From a virus: DNA of 45,014 bases. The stretch lies in IMG/VR virus record IMGVR_UViG_3300045988_020332; one strand, given 5' to 3'. Under the pieces are notes generated by a model that saw nothing but the letters and a program-made list of their open reading frames with translations, was not told the origin of the DNA and searched no databases. This document shows, in pieces, positions 1 to 6,951 of this stretch. The position numbers were made by a program, and so were the translations under genes. Every line of letters begins with the position of its first letter. Positions within the stretch are counted from its first letter, which is position 1.

Positions 1-99
1 AAAAAAATATACACCGCAACGGAAACTCACTTGATTAAACCAATGGAATACACCGCAACAAAAGCAGTAACGTATATTTGGGTGCAATACAAAAAAAAT
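1..99. repeat. Terminal direct repeat copy 1, identical to 44916..45014 (circular assembly overlap)
   Basis: Read directly: AAAAAAATATACACCGCAACGG...GGTGCAATACAAAAAAAAT occurs at both window ends. Confidence 0.95.
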
Positions 100-783
100 G
101 ATGGAATTAAAGCGACCGTATCAACAAATACGGATGAGATTTATAACAGCAGTGCAATCAGTCAATTATCTTTATTAAGATATAGATTTTCTAGTGCTAT
201 TTGCGTGGGGGATAGCTTGACAGTCGGAAAACAACCTGATGATACAAGTCGAGATAATTACCCATTGTATTTAAGCAGAATGACAGGGATGAAAATAACA
301 AATGCGGGTCAGAGTGGAGCAACAGCAAAAGCATGGTGGGATAATTGGCAGACAACATACAGTTATGCAGATTATGATTGTGCTTTTATCTGCCTAGGTA
401 CAAATGGTGGGGTTGTAAAAGATAGTGATAATTACAATGCGTATATTTCTATAATTGACAAAATGCAAGCAGATAATCCAAATATTGCTATTTTCCTTTT
501 AGACTGTGTCGGTAATAACTCAGATGGAACAGATGCAAATGAAATCATTAAAGGGATTGCAGATGCAAAAGGGATAGATATGCTTAATGTCTTTTTGAAT
601 GATAAGATTTGGTTAGCTGGCGTAAATGGACAAGCACAAAGTCCTACTCACGATATGAAAGGAGACCCTACGCATTTAAGTCCTATGGGTTATTTGTTAC
701 TTGCAAACAATGTTGTTCACGAAATGTGCAGGGTTATGTTTGAAAATATGGATAATTACAATCAGAGATTTACGCCAAGTTAA
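1..783 (+). CDS. C-terminal part of the same protein: SGNH/GDSL hydrolase (esterase) domain
   Basis: All four SGNH blocks are readable: ICVGDSLTVG (GDS at 208..216), NAGQSGAT, ICLGTNGG, GDPTHLSPMGY (DxxH). The frame is continuous with 44064..45014 through the 99-nt overlap. Confidence 0.8.
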   Translation, partial: KKIYTATETHLIKPMEYTATKAVTYIWVQYKKNDGIKATVSTNTDEIYNSSAISQLSLLRYRFSSAICVGDSLTVGKQPDDTSRDNYPLYLSRMTGMKITNAGQSGATAKAWWDNWQTTYSYADYDCAFICLGTNGGVVKDSDNYNAYISIIDKMQADNPNIAIFLLDCVGNNSDGTDANEIIKGIADAKGIDMLNVFLNDKIWLAGVNGQAQSPTHDMKGDPTHLSPMGYLLLANNVVHEMCRVMFENMDNYNQRFTPS

Positions 784-817
784 TTAACTCGGACGATTAT
801 TAATTAGTAAAAAACCA

Positions 818-857
818 AAACATGTACCACGACTTTTGACGAAAGAGGTGATATGCT
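818..857 (+). promoter_or_regulatory. Late-promoter-like element copy 1: box AAACATGTACCACGACTTTT, 11 nt, TGATATGCT
   Basis: One mismatch to the identical boxes at 5731 and 40591, with the same 11-nt spacing to a TGnTAnnnT element. Intergenic. Confidence 0.55.
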
Positions 858-917
858 ATACTTAGTCCAGAATATTTACGTCGGATAACAGAGGGCAGCG
901 AGCAGATTGCAGAAGAA

Positions 918-2102
918 TTGCATCAGTATATCATCTCTGAGATCGTGTCGAGAATGGTAGCAAGAATCGGCAGAGGCGAGGACTATATTTTGACCAACGC
1001 TGATGCGTGGAGAATCAGAACGCTACAGGAATCCGGTGAACTACTAGAGGACATTCTGGCAGAATTATCCAAATACACCAAACGTGAACAGCAGGAACTC
1101 CTTGAAGCGTTTGAAGATGCCGGAATCACTGCAATGAACTACGATGACAAGGTATATAAGGCGGCAGGATTAATCCCTGTGCCGCTTGAACAATCCCCAG
1201 CCATGATAAGGCTTATGGAGCGGAATATGAACCACTGCCTAGGAGATTGGAAGAACTTCACACGAACAACCGCAAGTGCCGCTCAGAAGCTCTATATCGA
1301 GCAATGCGACCTTGCATATAATCATGTGATGACTGGGGCAGTTGGGTATACGCAAGCCATTAAAGAGGCAGTTAATAACGTTGTGAGTGATGGTGTATAT
1401 GTTGAATACATAAACAAAGAGACAGGAAAGAAAAGACGCGATACAATCGAAACAGCAGTAGCACGTTCCGTCAGAACCGGTGTGGCGCAGGCTACGGGAG
1501 ATATATCCCTAAAACGCATGGAAGAAATGGACTGGGATTTAGTTTTGGTCAGTGCTCACATGGGAGCTAGAACAGGTGATGGCGGTGAGAATCCCGGAAA
1601 CCACTCATGGTGGCAAGGCAAGATATACTCTCGTTCTGGCAAGAGTAAGAAATTTCCACCGTTCTCATTGACCGGATATGGGACAGCAAGCGGACTGTCA
1701 GGAGTCAATTGTCGGCATAGCTTTGGGGCAAGTGATGGGGAATTCAACCCCTATGCAGAACTATCAGCACAGGATAAAGCTGATAAAGGCAAGCAGTACG
1801 AAAAAGAACAACGGCAACGTACTTACGAGCGAAGAATCCGAAAGACGAAGCGTGAAGTCCTTGGACTACAAGCAGGAGTTGAAAATGCACCGAATGAAAA
1901 GGCAAAATTCGCACTCCAGCAAGACCTTGACCGGAAGTCTTATCTTTTGCAGAAACAAAATGCTGCATACAAAGATTACTGTAAGCAGAATGGCCTGAGA
2001 GAACTGCAAGACCGGCTCATGATCGCTAAGTGGAACCGCCAGAACGCTGCAAAAGCCAGAGGAGCGGCAAGACGATATAAAACAGCAAAGGGGATTGACT
2101 GA
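918..2102 (+). CDS. Minor head/head-morphogenesis protein, MuF / SPP1 gp7-like (minor capsid protein 2 type)
   Basis: Motifs HMGARTGDGGENPGNHSWWQGKIY and GVNCRHSF. The position after portal is typical. The frame is open from 852 and the first canonical start is TTG at 918, so the true start is uncertain. Confidence 0.75.
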   Translation: MHQYIISEIVSRMVARIGRGEDYILTNADAWRIRTLQESGELLEDILAELSKYTKREQQELLEAFEDAGITAMNYDDKVYKAAGLIPVPLEQSPAMIRLMERNMNHCLGDWKNFTRTTASAAQKLYIEQCDLAYNHVMTGAVGYTQAIKEAVNNVVSDGVYVEYINKETGKKRRDTIETAVARSVRTGVAQATGDISLKRMEEMDWDLVLVSAHMGARTGDGGENPGNHSWWQGKIYSRSGKSKKFPPFSLTGYGTASGLSGVNCRHSFGASDGEFNPYAELSAQDKADKGKQYEKEQRQRTYERRIRKTKREVLGLQAGVENAPNEKAKFALQQDLDRKSYLLQKQNAAYKDYCKQNGLRELQDRLMIAKWNRQNAAKARGAARRYKTAKGID

Positions 2103-2482
2103 TGGATAGATGGGAATATTACAATCCAAATCCTGCCGGGAATCGAGTCGGAGATTGCGCTGTCCGGGCAATATGCAAAGCAACCGGGTTTGACTGGGAA
2201 ACGGTATTCGCCGGATTAATGATACAGGCATGTGCTCTGTCAGATATGCCGAGCGCAAATTATGTCTGGGGAGCGTACCTCTATAAGCATGGATACAGAC
2301 GCAAACTGATTGAGCAGTCAGAACGATATATCTATACAGTCAATGACTTTTGCGCAGATCATCCGACAGGTACATATATCCTCTGCATAGATGGCCATGT
2401 GGTGACAGCGCAGAACGGCAAATATTTCGATACATGGGATAGTGGTAATGAGATCCCGGTATATTACTGGGAAAAGGAGTAG
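2102..2482 (+). CDS. Small putative papain/NlpC-like cysteine peptidase-fold protein (Cys-His-Asp candidates), coupled to the MuF-like gene
   Basis: ATGA start/stop overlap with the upstream gene. GDCAVRA (Cys), DGHVV (His) and DTWDS (Asp) occur in the order and spacing of a catalytic triad. Confidence 0.4.
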   Translation: MDRWEYYNPNPAGNRVGDCAVRAICKATGFDWETVFAGLMIQACALSDMPSANYVWGAYLYKHGYRRKLIEQSERYIYTVNDFCADHPTGTYILCIDGHVVTAQNGKYFDTWDSGNEIPVYYWEKE

Positions 2483-2486
2483 CTAA

Positions 2487-2792
2487 ATGAGCATACAGGA
2501 ATTTATTCAATTGTTTCTTTCAGTCTGCGGAGGAGTGTCCATTGTTGGAGGTGCAGCAGCTGTAATCTTTAAATGGATTACACCGGCGTTCCGACTCAAT
2601 AAGCGAGTAGAGACACTGGAAGAACATGATAGACGAGATTATGAAAGTCTTCGGAGAATTGCAGAACGAGATTCATTAATTCTGGAAGTATTGTCGACCA
2701 TGCTGGACAGTCAGATCAGCGGCAACAATGTGGAGGAATTAAAAAAAACAAAACAGAAGCTTACAAATTATCTTGCACAGAATCAACGTTAA
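2487..2792 (+). CDS. Single-pass membrane protein with a charged coiled-coil tail (BhlA/UviB-holin-like architecture)
   Basis: N-terminal hydrophobic helix FLSVCGGVSIVGGAAAVIFKWI followed by a charged helical region. RBS GGAG upstream. Confidence 0.4.
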   Translation: MSIQEFIQLFLSVCGGVSIVGGAAAVIFKWITPAFRLNKRVETLEEHDRRDYESLRRIAERDSLILEVLSTMLDSQISGNNVEELKKTKQKLTNYLAQNQR

Positions 2793-2815
2793 TTGCATTA
2801 ATAAGGGGTATGCTC

Positions 2816-3016
2816 ATGAAGTTATATGTATTCACTAAGAAAGATATAGACAGGTTCTTGACAGAGTGTAATTTCACACCGGATGAAGAAAGACTGTTCC
2901 GGCTGAGATGCAAGGAATATACGCTTGAGTACTGTGCTGAACAGATGAATGTGAGCATGTCCACGGCGAAACGATTAAGCCGGAGGGTGAATAATAAAAT
3001 AATTAAAGTATGCTGA
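2816..3016 (+). CDS. Small sigma-70 region-4-like / LuxR-type HTH protein (candidate late-gene regulator)
   Basis: DEERLFRLRCKEYTLEYCAEQMNVSMSTAKRLSRRVNNKI resembles a region 4.2 HTH. AAGGGG sits 7 nt before ATG 2816. The track start at 2810 is too close to the RBS. Confidence 0.5.
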   Translation: MKLYVFTKKDIDRFLTECNFTPDEERLFRLRCKEYTLEYCAEQMNVSMSTAKRLSRRVNNKIIKVC

Positions 3017-3039
3017 TACTTTTTGGACACTAATTAGAG

Positions 3040-3070
3040 CCAGAAACGAACTGTTTCCGGTTCTTTTTTT
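3040..3070 (+). terminator. Rho-independent terminator
   Basis: Stem CCAGAAAC/GTTTCCGG (one mismatch) followed by TTCTTTTTTT. Confidence 0.7.
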
Positions 3071-3104
3071 ATGCAAAAATATAATCAGAAAGGCGGTGCA
3101 TAAG

Positions 3105-3575
3105 ATGGCATTATATAACAATCCTTATCAATACAGTTTTGGTGTTCCGGGACAGATGAATCAGTTTCAGCAGCAGCCTGTCCAGATGCCGGCTCAACCA
3201 GTACAGCAACCCCAGCAGAATAACAATGGCATCCTGTGGGTGTCTGGAGAAGTCGGCGCAAAATCTTATCTGGTAGCACCCGGAACAAGTGTTTTACTGA
3301 TGGACAGTGAGAGCGAAAAGTTCTACATAAAATCCACGGACGTTTCCGGTATGCCACAGCCATTACGGACGTTTGAGTATCATGAAGTAGGCACTCAGAT
3401 GCCACCTAAACAGCCTGTTCAGAACATGGACAGTAAATACGTCACCAGACAGGAATATGATGATTTAAAGGGCAAATACGAAGCTATCATAAACCGATTA
3501 AATTCTTTTTCTGAACCTGTTAGAGCTAATACCGTGCAGGAATCAGCGGTCAAGGGAGGAAACGCAGATGAGTAA
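3105..3575 (+). CDS. Hypothetical protein with a Gln/Pro-rich N-terminus and a compact beta-rich core
   Basis: RBS GAAAGGCGG lies 9 nt before ATG 3105. N-terminus QMNQFQQQPVQMPAQPVQQPQQNNN, then ILWVSGEVGAKSYLVAPGTSVLLMD. Confidence 0.6.
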   Translation: MALYNNPYQYSFGVPGQMNQFQQQPVQMPAQPVQQPQQNNNGILWVSGEVGAKSYLVAPGTSVLLMDSESEKFYIKSTDVSGMPQPLRTFEYHEVGTQMPPKQPVQNMDSKYVTRQEYDDLKGKYEAIINRLNSFSEPVRANTVQESAVKGGNADE

Positions 3576-3789
3576 TCCATTATTCAACGCACTTGGTGGT
3601 GGAATGCCGCAGGGTAACGGTCCGATGCAAATGATACAGCAGTTTATGCAGTTCAAACAGAATTTTAAGGGAGACCCAAAGGAAGAAGTCCAGAAGATGC
3701 TACAGTCTGGAAAGATTTCCCAGCAGCAACTTAATCAGGTTCAGCAGATGGCAGGGCAGTTTCAGAATCTGCTGAAGAATATGAAATAG
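3568..3789 (+). CDS. Small Gln-rich hypothetical protein
   Basis: 16 Gln in 73 aa by my count. The start overlaps the upstream stop. Confidence 0.55.
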   Translation: MSNPLFNALGGGMPQGNGPMQMIQQFMQFKQNFKGDPKEEVQKMLQSGKISQQQLNQVQQMAGQFQNLLKNMK

Positions 3790-3843
3790 TACATTACAAT
3801 CTGGCCAGATTGATGTAAATACACAATAAAGGAGATTATAACT

Positions 3844-4623
3844 ATGGATGGAAATTATAGCTTAGCAGATATTGCCGCTGCTACTGGAAACGGTAGAAAT
3901 AATGATGGTATGTTTGGCGGAGATGGTGCATGGTGGCTTATCGTGCTTTTCTTATTCGTATTCTGCGGATGGGGAAACAACGGCTGGGGAAATAATGGCA
4001 ATGGAGGCGGATATGCAGCCACAGCAGCTACTCAGGCAGACATTCAGAGAGGATTCGATAATTCCGCAGTAATCAGCAAGCTTGATGGAATCAATAACGG
4101 TCTCTGTGATGGATTTTACGCAGTGAACAACGGTATGCTTACCGGTTTTAATGGAATCAATACAAACATCATGCAGACTGGATTTGGAATCCAGCAGGCA
4201 ATCAATGCCGATACTGTAGCAAATATGCAGAACACCAGCGCATTGCAGTCTCAGTTAGCTCAGTGTTGCTGCGACAACAGGGCGGGACAGGCACAGATCA
4301 GATATGATATGGCTACCAACGCCTGTGCAATCCAGAACACCATGAACAACAACACAAGAGACATTATTGACAGTCAGAATGCAGGAACAAGAGCAATTCT
4401 TGATTATCTTTGCAATGAAAAGATTTCTTCTCTTCAGGCTGAAAACAATGATCTCAGACGTGCTGCTTCTCAGGATCGCCAGAGTGCACTTCTCACAACT
4501 GCAATGGCTTCACAGACACAGCAGCTCATTAATGCGATCAATCCAGCACCGATTCCGGCATATCAGGTTCCTAATCCGAACACATTTTACGGATGCGGAT
4601 GCAACACTGGATGCAATTGCTGA
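3844..4623 (+). CDS. Asn/Gln/Cys-rich membrane-anchored hypothetical protein
   Basis: RBS AAAGGAG. TM helix WWLIVLFLFVFCGW followed by GNNGWGNNGNGGG. 36 Asn in 259 aa by my count. CCC triplet and C-terminal GCGCNTGCNC. Confidence 0.65.
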   Translation: MDGNYSLADIAAATGNGRNNDGMFGGDGAWWLIVLFLFVFCGWGNNGWGNNGNGGGYAATAATQADIQRGFDNSAVISKLDGINNGLCDGFYAVNNGMLTGFNGINTNIMQTGFGIQQAINADTVANMQNTSALQSQLAQCCCDNRAGQAQIRYDMATNACAIQNTMNNNTRDIIDSQNAGTRAILDYLCNEKISSLQAENNDLRRAASQDRQSALLTTAMASQTQQLINAINPAPIPAYQVPNPNTFYGCGCNTGCNC

Positions 4624-4687
4624 TAACTTCATATCGAGAGTATCTTTCGATTGATTCGAATGTCGGCTTATGCCGTATTACACAGAG

Positions 4688-4711
4688 GGGCAGGCTGAGA
4701 CCTGTCCTTTT
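4688..4711 (+). terminator. Hairpin plus short T-run (weak terminator or attenuator)
   Basis: GGGCAGG / CCTGTCC (one G-U pair), 6-nt loop, then TTTT. Confidence 0.45.
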
Positions 4712-4734
4712 GTGATACGAAAGGAGTATTTTTT

Positions 4735-5157
4735 ATGGCAGAATTTACAAATGTAGCTGCTCAGACTGTAGCAGCAAATGGAAACGTAGTATTTTCAAAC
4801 ACAGCAGTTAAAGGTTCTAACTGTATTCAGCACAGAGAGGGAAGCGGAATCATCACCCTGAGAGGACTTACTAACCAGTGCAAAGCGAGATTCTTCGTGG
4901 ATTTTTCTGGTAATATCGCAATTCCAACAGGCGGCACTGTCGGAGCTATTTCTCTGGCTATTGCAATTTCTGGTGAGCCGGTTCTTTCTTCACAGATGAT
5001 TTCCACACCGGCAGCAGTAGATCAGTATAACAATGTGTCCTCTGGTATCTATATTGACGTACCTCGCGGATGTTGCGTTAATATCGCAGTAGAGAACACA
5101 AGCGATCAGGATGTTTCTGTTGCGAACGCAAACATTGTTGTGACTAGAGAAGCGTAG
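4735..5157 (+). CDS. Hypothetical beta-rich protein, possibly a TNF/C1q-like jelly-roll as in BclA-type exosporium C-terminal domains
   Basis: RBS GAAAGGAG. Alternating beta-strand pattern (IITLRG, ARFFVDFSGNIAIP, ISLAIAISGE, VNIAVEN, ANANIVVTR). The family assignment is from memory only. Confidence 0.35.
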   Translation: MAEFTNVAAQTVAANGNVVFSNTAVKGSNCIQHREGSGIITLRGLTNQCKARFFVDFSGNIAIPTGGTVGAISLAIAISGEPVLSSQMISTPAAVDQYNNVSSGIYIDVPRGCCVNIAVENTSDQDVSVANANIVVTREA

Positions 5158-5168
5158 GAGGTGCAGTT

Positions 5169-5723
5169 ATGAGAGATATTAAAGACTTATGTGCAAGAAT
5201 TGAAGACGAACTGTCCAAAATCGCTGACAATGGACTGACCACCGGAAATCTGGAAATGACATACAAACTGATTGATATGTACAAAGATATCAAGAATACG
5301 TATTACTGGGACAAGAAAGTGGAGTACTACAACACTGTCCTTAATGAGATGCGTGGCGGATACAATGACGATTACAGCGAACGTGGAAGAAAGCGTGACA
5401 GCATGGGGAGATACAGCGCAAATGACGGTAGAATGATGCCGGATTACGACAGAGGCAGTTCTTACGCCAGACGTGGTGAGCATTATGTCAGAGGGCATTA
5501 CAGCCGCTCTGACGGACGAGATGCTTATGACGACTATATGACACAGAAACAGAGCTATCGTTCTGGCAAGTCTGAGGACTGCAAAAGGAAGATGCTTGCC
5601 GCATTGGAAGAACACCTTGACGAACTCACAACGGAAATGAGTGATATGTCCAAGGACGCAGAGTGCCGGGAGGAACGTGATCTTGTTAAAAGATACGTGG
5701 AAAAGCTCCGGGACATGCTCTAA
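5169..5723 (+). CDS. Hypothetical protein with helical ends and a Arg/Asp/Tyr/Gly/Ser-rich low-complexity centre
   Basis: RBS GGAGGTG. Centre: RGRKRDSMGRYSANDGRMMPDYDRGSSYARRGEHYVRGHYSRSDGRDAYDDY. Confidence 0.55.
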   Translation: MRDIKDLCARIEDELSKIADNGLTTGNLEMTYKLIDMYKDIKNTYYWDKKVEYYNTVLNEMRGGYNDDYSERGRKRDSMGRYSANDGRMMPDYDRGSSYARRGEHYVRGHYSRSDGRDAYDDYMTQKQSYRSGKSEDCKRKMLAALEEHLDELTTEMSDMSKDAECREERDLVKRYVEKLRDML

Positions 5724-5730
5724 TTGGCTA

Positions 5731-5770
5731 AAACATGTACCACAACTTTTTAAAGGGTCTGTGGTAAAAT
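5731..5770 (+). promoter_or_regulatory. Late-promoter-like element copy 2: box AAACATGTACCACAACTTTT, 11 nt, TGGTAAAAT
   Basis: The 20-mer is identical to 40591..40610, with the same spacing to an extended -10. Intergenic, upstream of the leader, tRNA and scaffold. Confidence 0.6.
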
Positions 5771-6090
5771 GTATTCATAAGGAAGATTCGTAAGTGGTTG
5801 ATACTACTTGACATAGACATTTTTTCATTGACTCCTCCTTTCTTGGGTGCGTGTCCTTAATAGAAACAGGTTTGGACGGAATCTGGAGGTTGAAAAGCGG
5901 ACGCAATTTCCGACACGTACCATTGCCGTTAGTGCATGACGGCATACCTCCTTGTGAGCATATAACTGAATAGTGGAATCCAACCCGTGCAGAGGTGTGC
6001 GACCGTATAGGCGGTGTTGACGTAGCCCGAAACGTCTCGTGTTTAGGCATAGCACGTAAAATACCTTGCTAACCCGGGAATCCGGGTTAA

Positions 6091-6163
6091 TGGGATATAG
6101 CTCAGTTGGTAGAGCATCTGACTGTTAATCAGAGTGTCACAGGTTCGATTCCTGTTATTCCAG
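6091..6163 (+). tRNA. tRNA-Asn: tRNA-Asn (anticodon GTT), 73 nt, CCA not encoded
   Basis: Folded by hand. Acceptor TGGGATA/TATTCCA (one G-U pair), D arm GCTC-AGTTGGTA-GAGC, anticodon arm TCTGA-CTGTTAA-TCAGA, variable GTGTC, T arm ACAGG-TTCGATT-CCTGT, discriminator G. Confidence 0.9.
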
Positions 6164-6241
6164 CTACCCTGCCAGTGGTCTAACTGGCTTAATCCACTTA
6201 CCTGCGGCGGCAGGTCAATAAACACGACCAGGAGGATATAT

Positions 6242-6874
6242 ATGCAGAAACTTATTGACACATTAAAATCATTTGGAATTGAGATCCCGGAAGACAAACA
6301 GGCAGATGTGAAAAAGGCACTCTCTGAACATTATAAGAATGCTAAGGAAGTCGCAAAAACCCTGTCGAAAGTTGAGGGAGAACGTGATGACTGGAAAGAA
6401 CGTGCTGAGACAGCAGAGGAAACCTTAAAAGGTTTTGACGGTATCGACCCGGCAAACATTCAGACTGAGCTTGCTGAATGGAAGAAAAAAGCGGAGGATG
6501 CAGAAAAAGAGTTCAATGCAAAAATCTACGACCGTGATTTCTCAGATGCACTCAAAGCGGCGCTCGATGATGTTAAGTTTTCCAGTGAAGCGGCTAAGAG
6601 GTCTGTTATGGCAGACATTAAAGAAGCAGGTCTTAAGCTGAAAGACGGTAAAATCCTTGGACTGAATGATCTGATCGAACAGATGAAGCAGTCTGACGCA
6701 TCCGCTTTTGTGGATGAATCTCAGCAGCAGGCTCAGCAGAATCAGGCAAGATTTACCACTCACGTTGGACAGCAGCAGACACCGGGAAGCATGACTAAAA
6801 AAGATATCGAAGCGATCAAAGACCCGTCCGAGAGACAGGCTGCAATTGCTCAGAATATCCAGTTATTCCAGTGA
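6242..6874 (+). CDS. Scaffolding protein (Phage_GP20-like)
   Basis: AGGAGG RBS before ATG 6242. The track ORF start at 6134 lies inside the tRNA. Highly charged helical sequence immediately upstream of the capsid gene. Confidence 0.75.
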   Translation: MQKLIDTLKSFGIEIPEDKQADVKKALSEHYKNAKEVAKTLSKVEGERDDWKERAETAEETLKGFDGIDPANIQTELAEWKKKAEDAEKEFNAKIYDRDFSDALKAALDDVKFSSEAAKRSVMADIKEAGLKLKDGKILGLNDLIEQMKQSDASAFVDESQQQAQQNQARFTTHVGQQQTPGSMTKKDIEAIKDPSERQAAIAQNIQLFQ

Positions 6875-6951
6875 TTTTTTTACACCGACTATACGCCAGA
6901 GTATAGCCGCTAACCCAATACCTTAACAATTATGGGTAGAAAGGATTTTTT

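Noticed and set aside
1-99. Terminal repeat as a biological direct terminal repeat or cos site
   Set aside because: It lies in the middle of an ORF that is continuous across the junction, and the terminase/portal types indicate headful packaging. Assembly overlap is the simpler explanation.
5775-6055. 91-aa and 76-aa - strand ORFs in the tRNA leader
   Set aside because: Their composition (Arg/Ser/Thr/Pro/His-rich) and the absence of a start context at their 5-prime ends argue against coding. Only the terminal 17-codon piece has an SD, and that is reported separately.
6134-6241. N-terminal extension of the scaffold ORF given in the track (start 6134)
   Set aside because: The extension begins inside the tRNA-Asn gene and crosses two hairpins. 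ATG 6242 has an AGGAGG RBS and gives a typical scaffold N-terminus.
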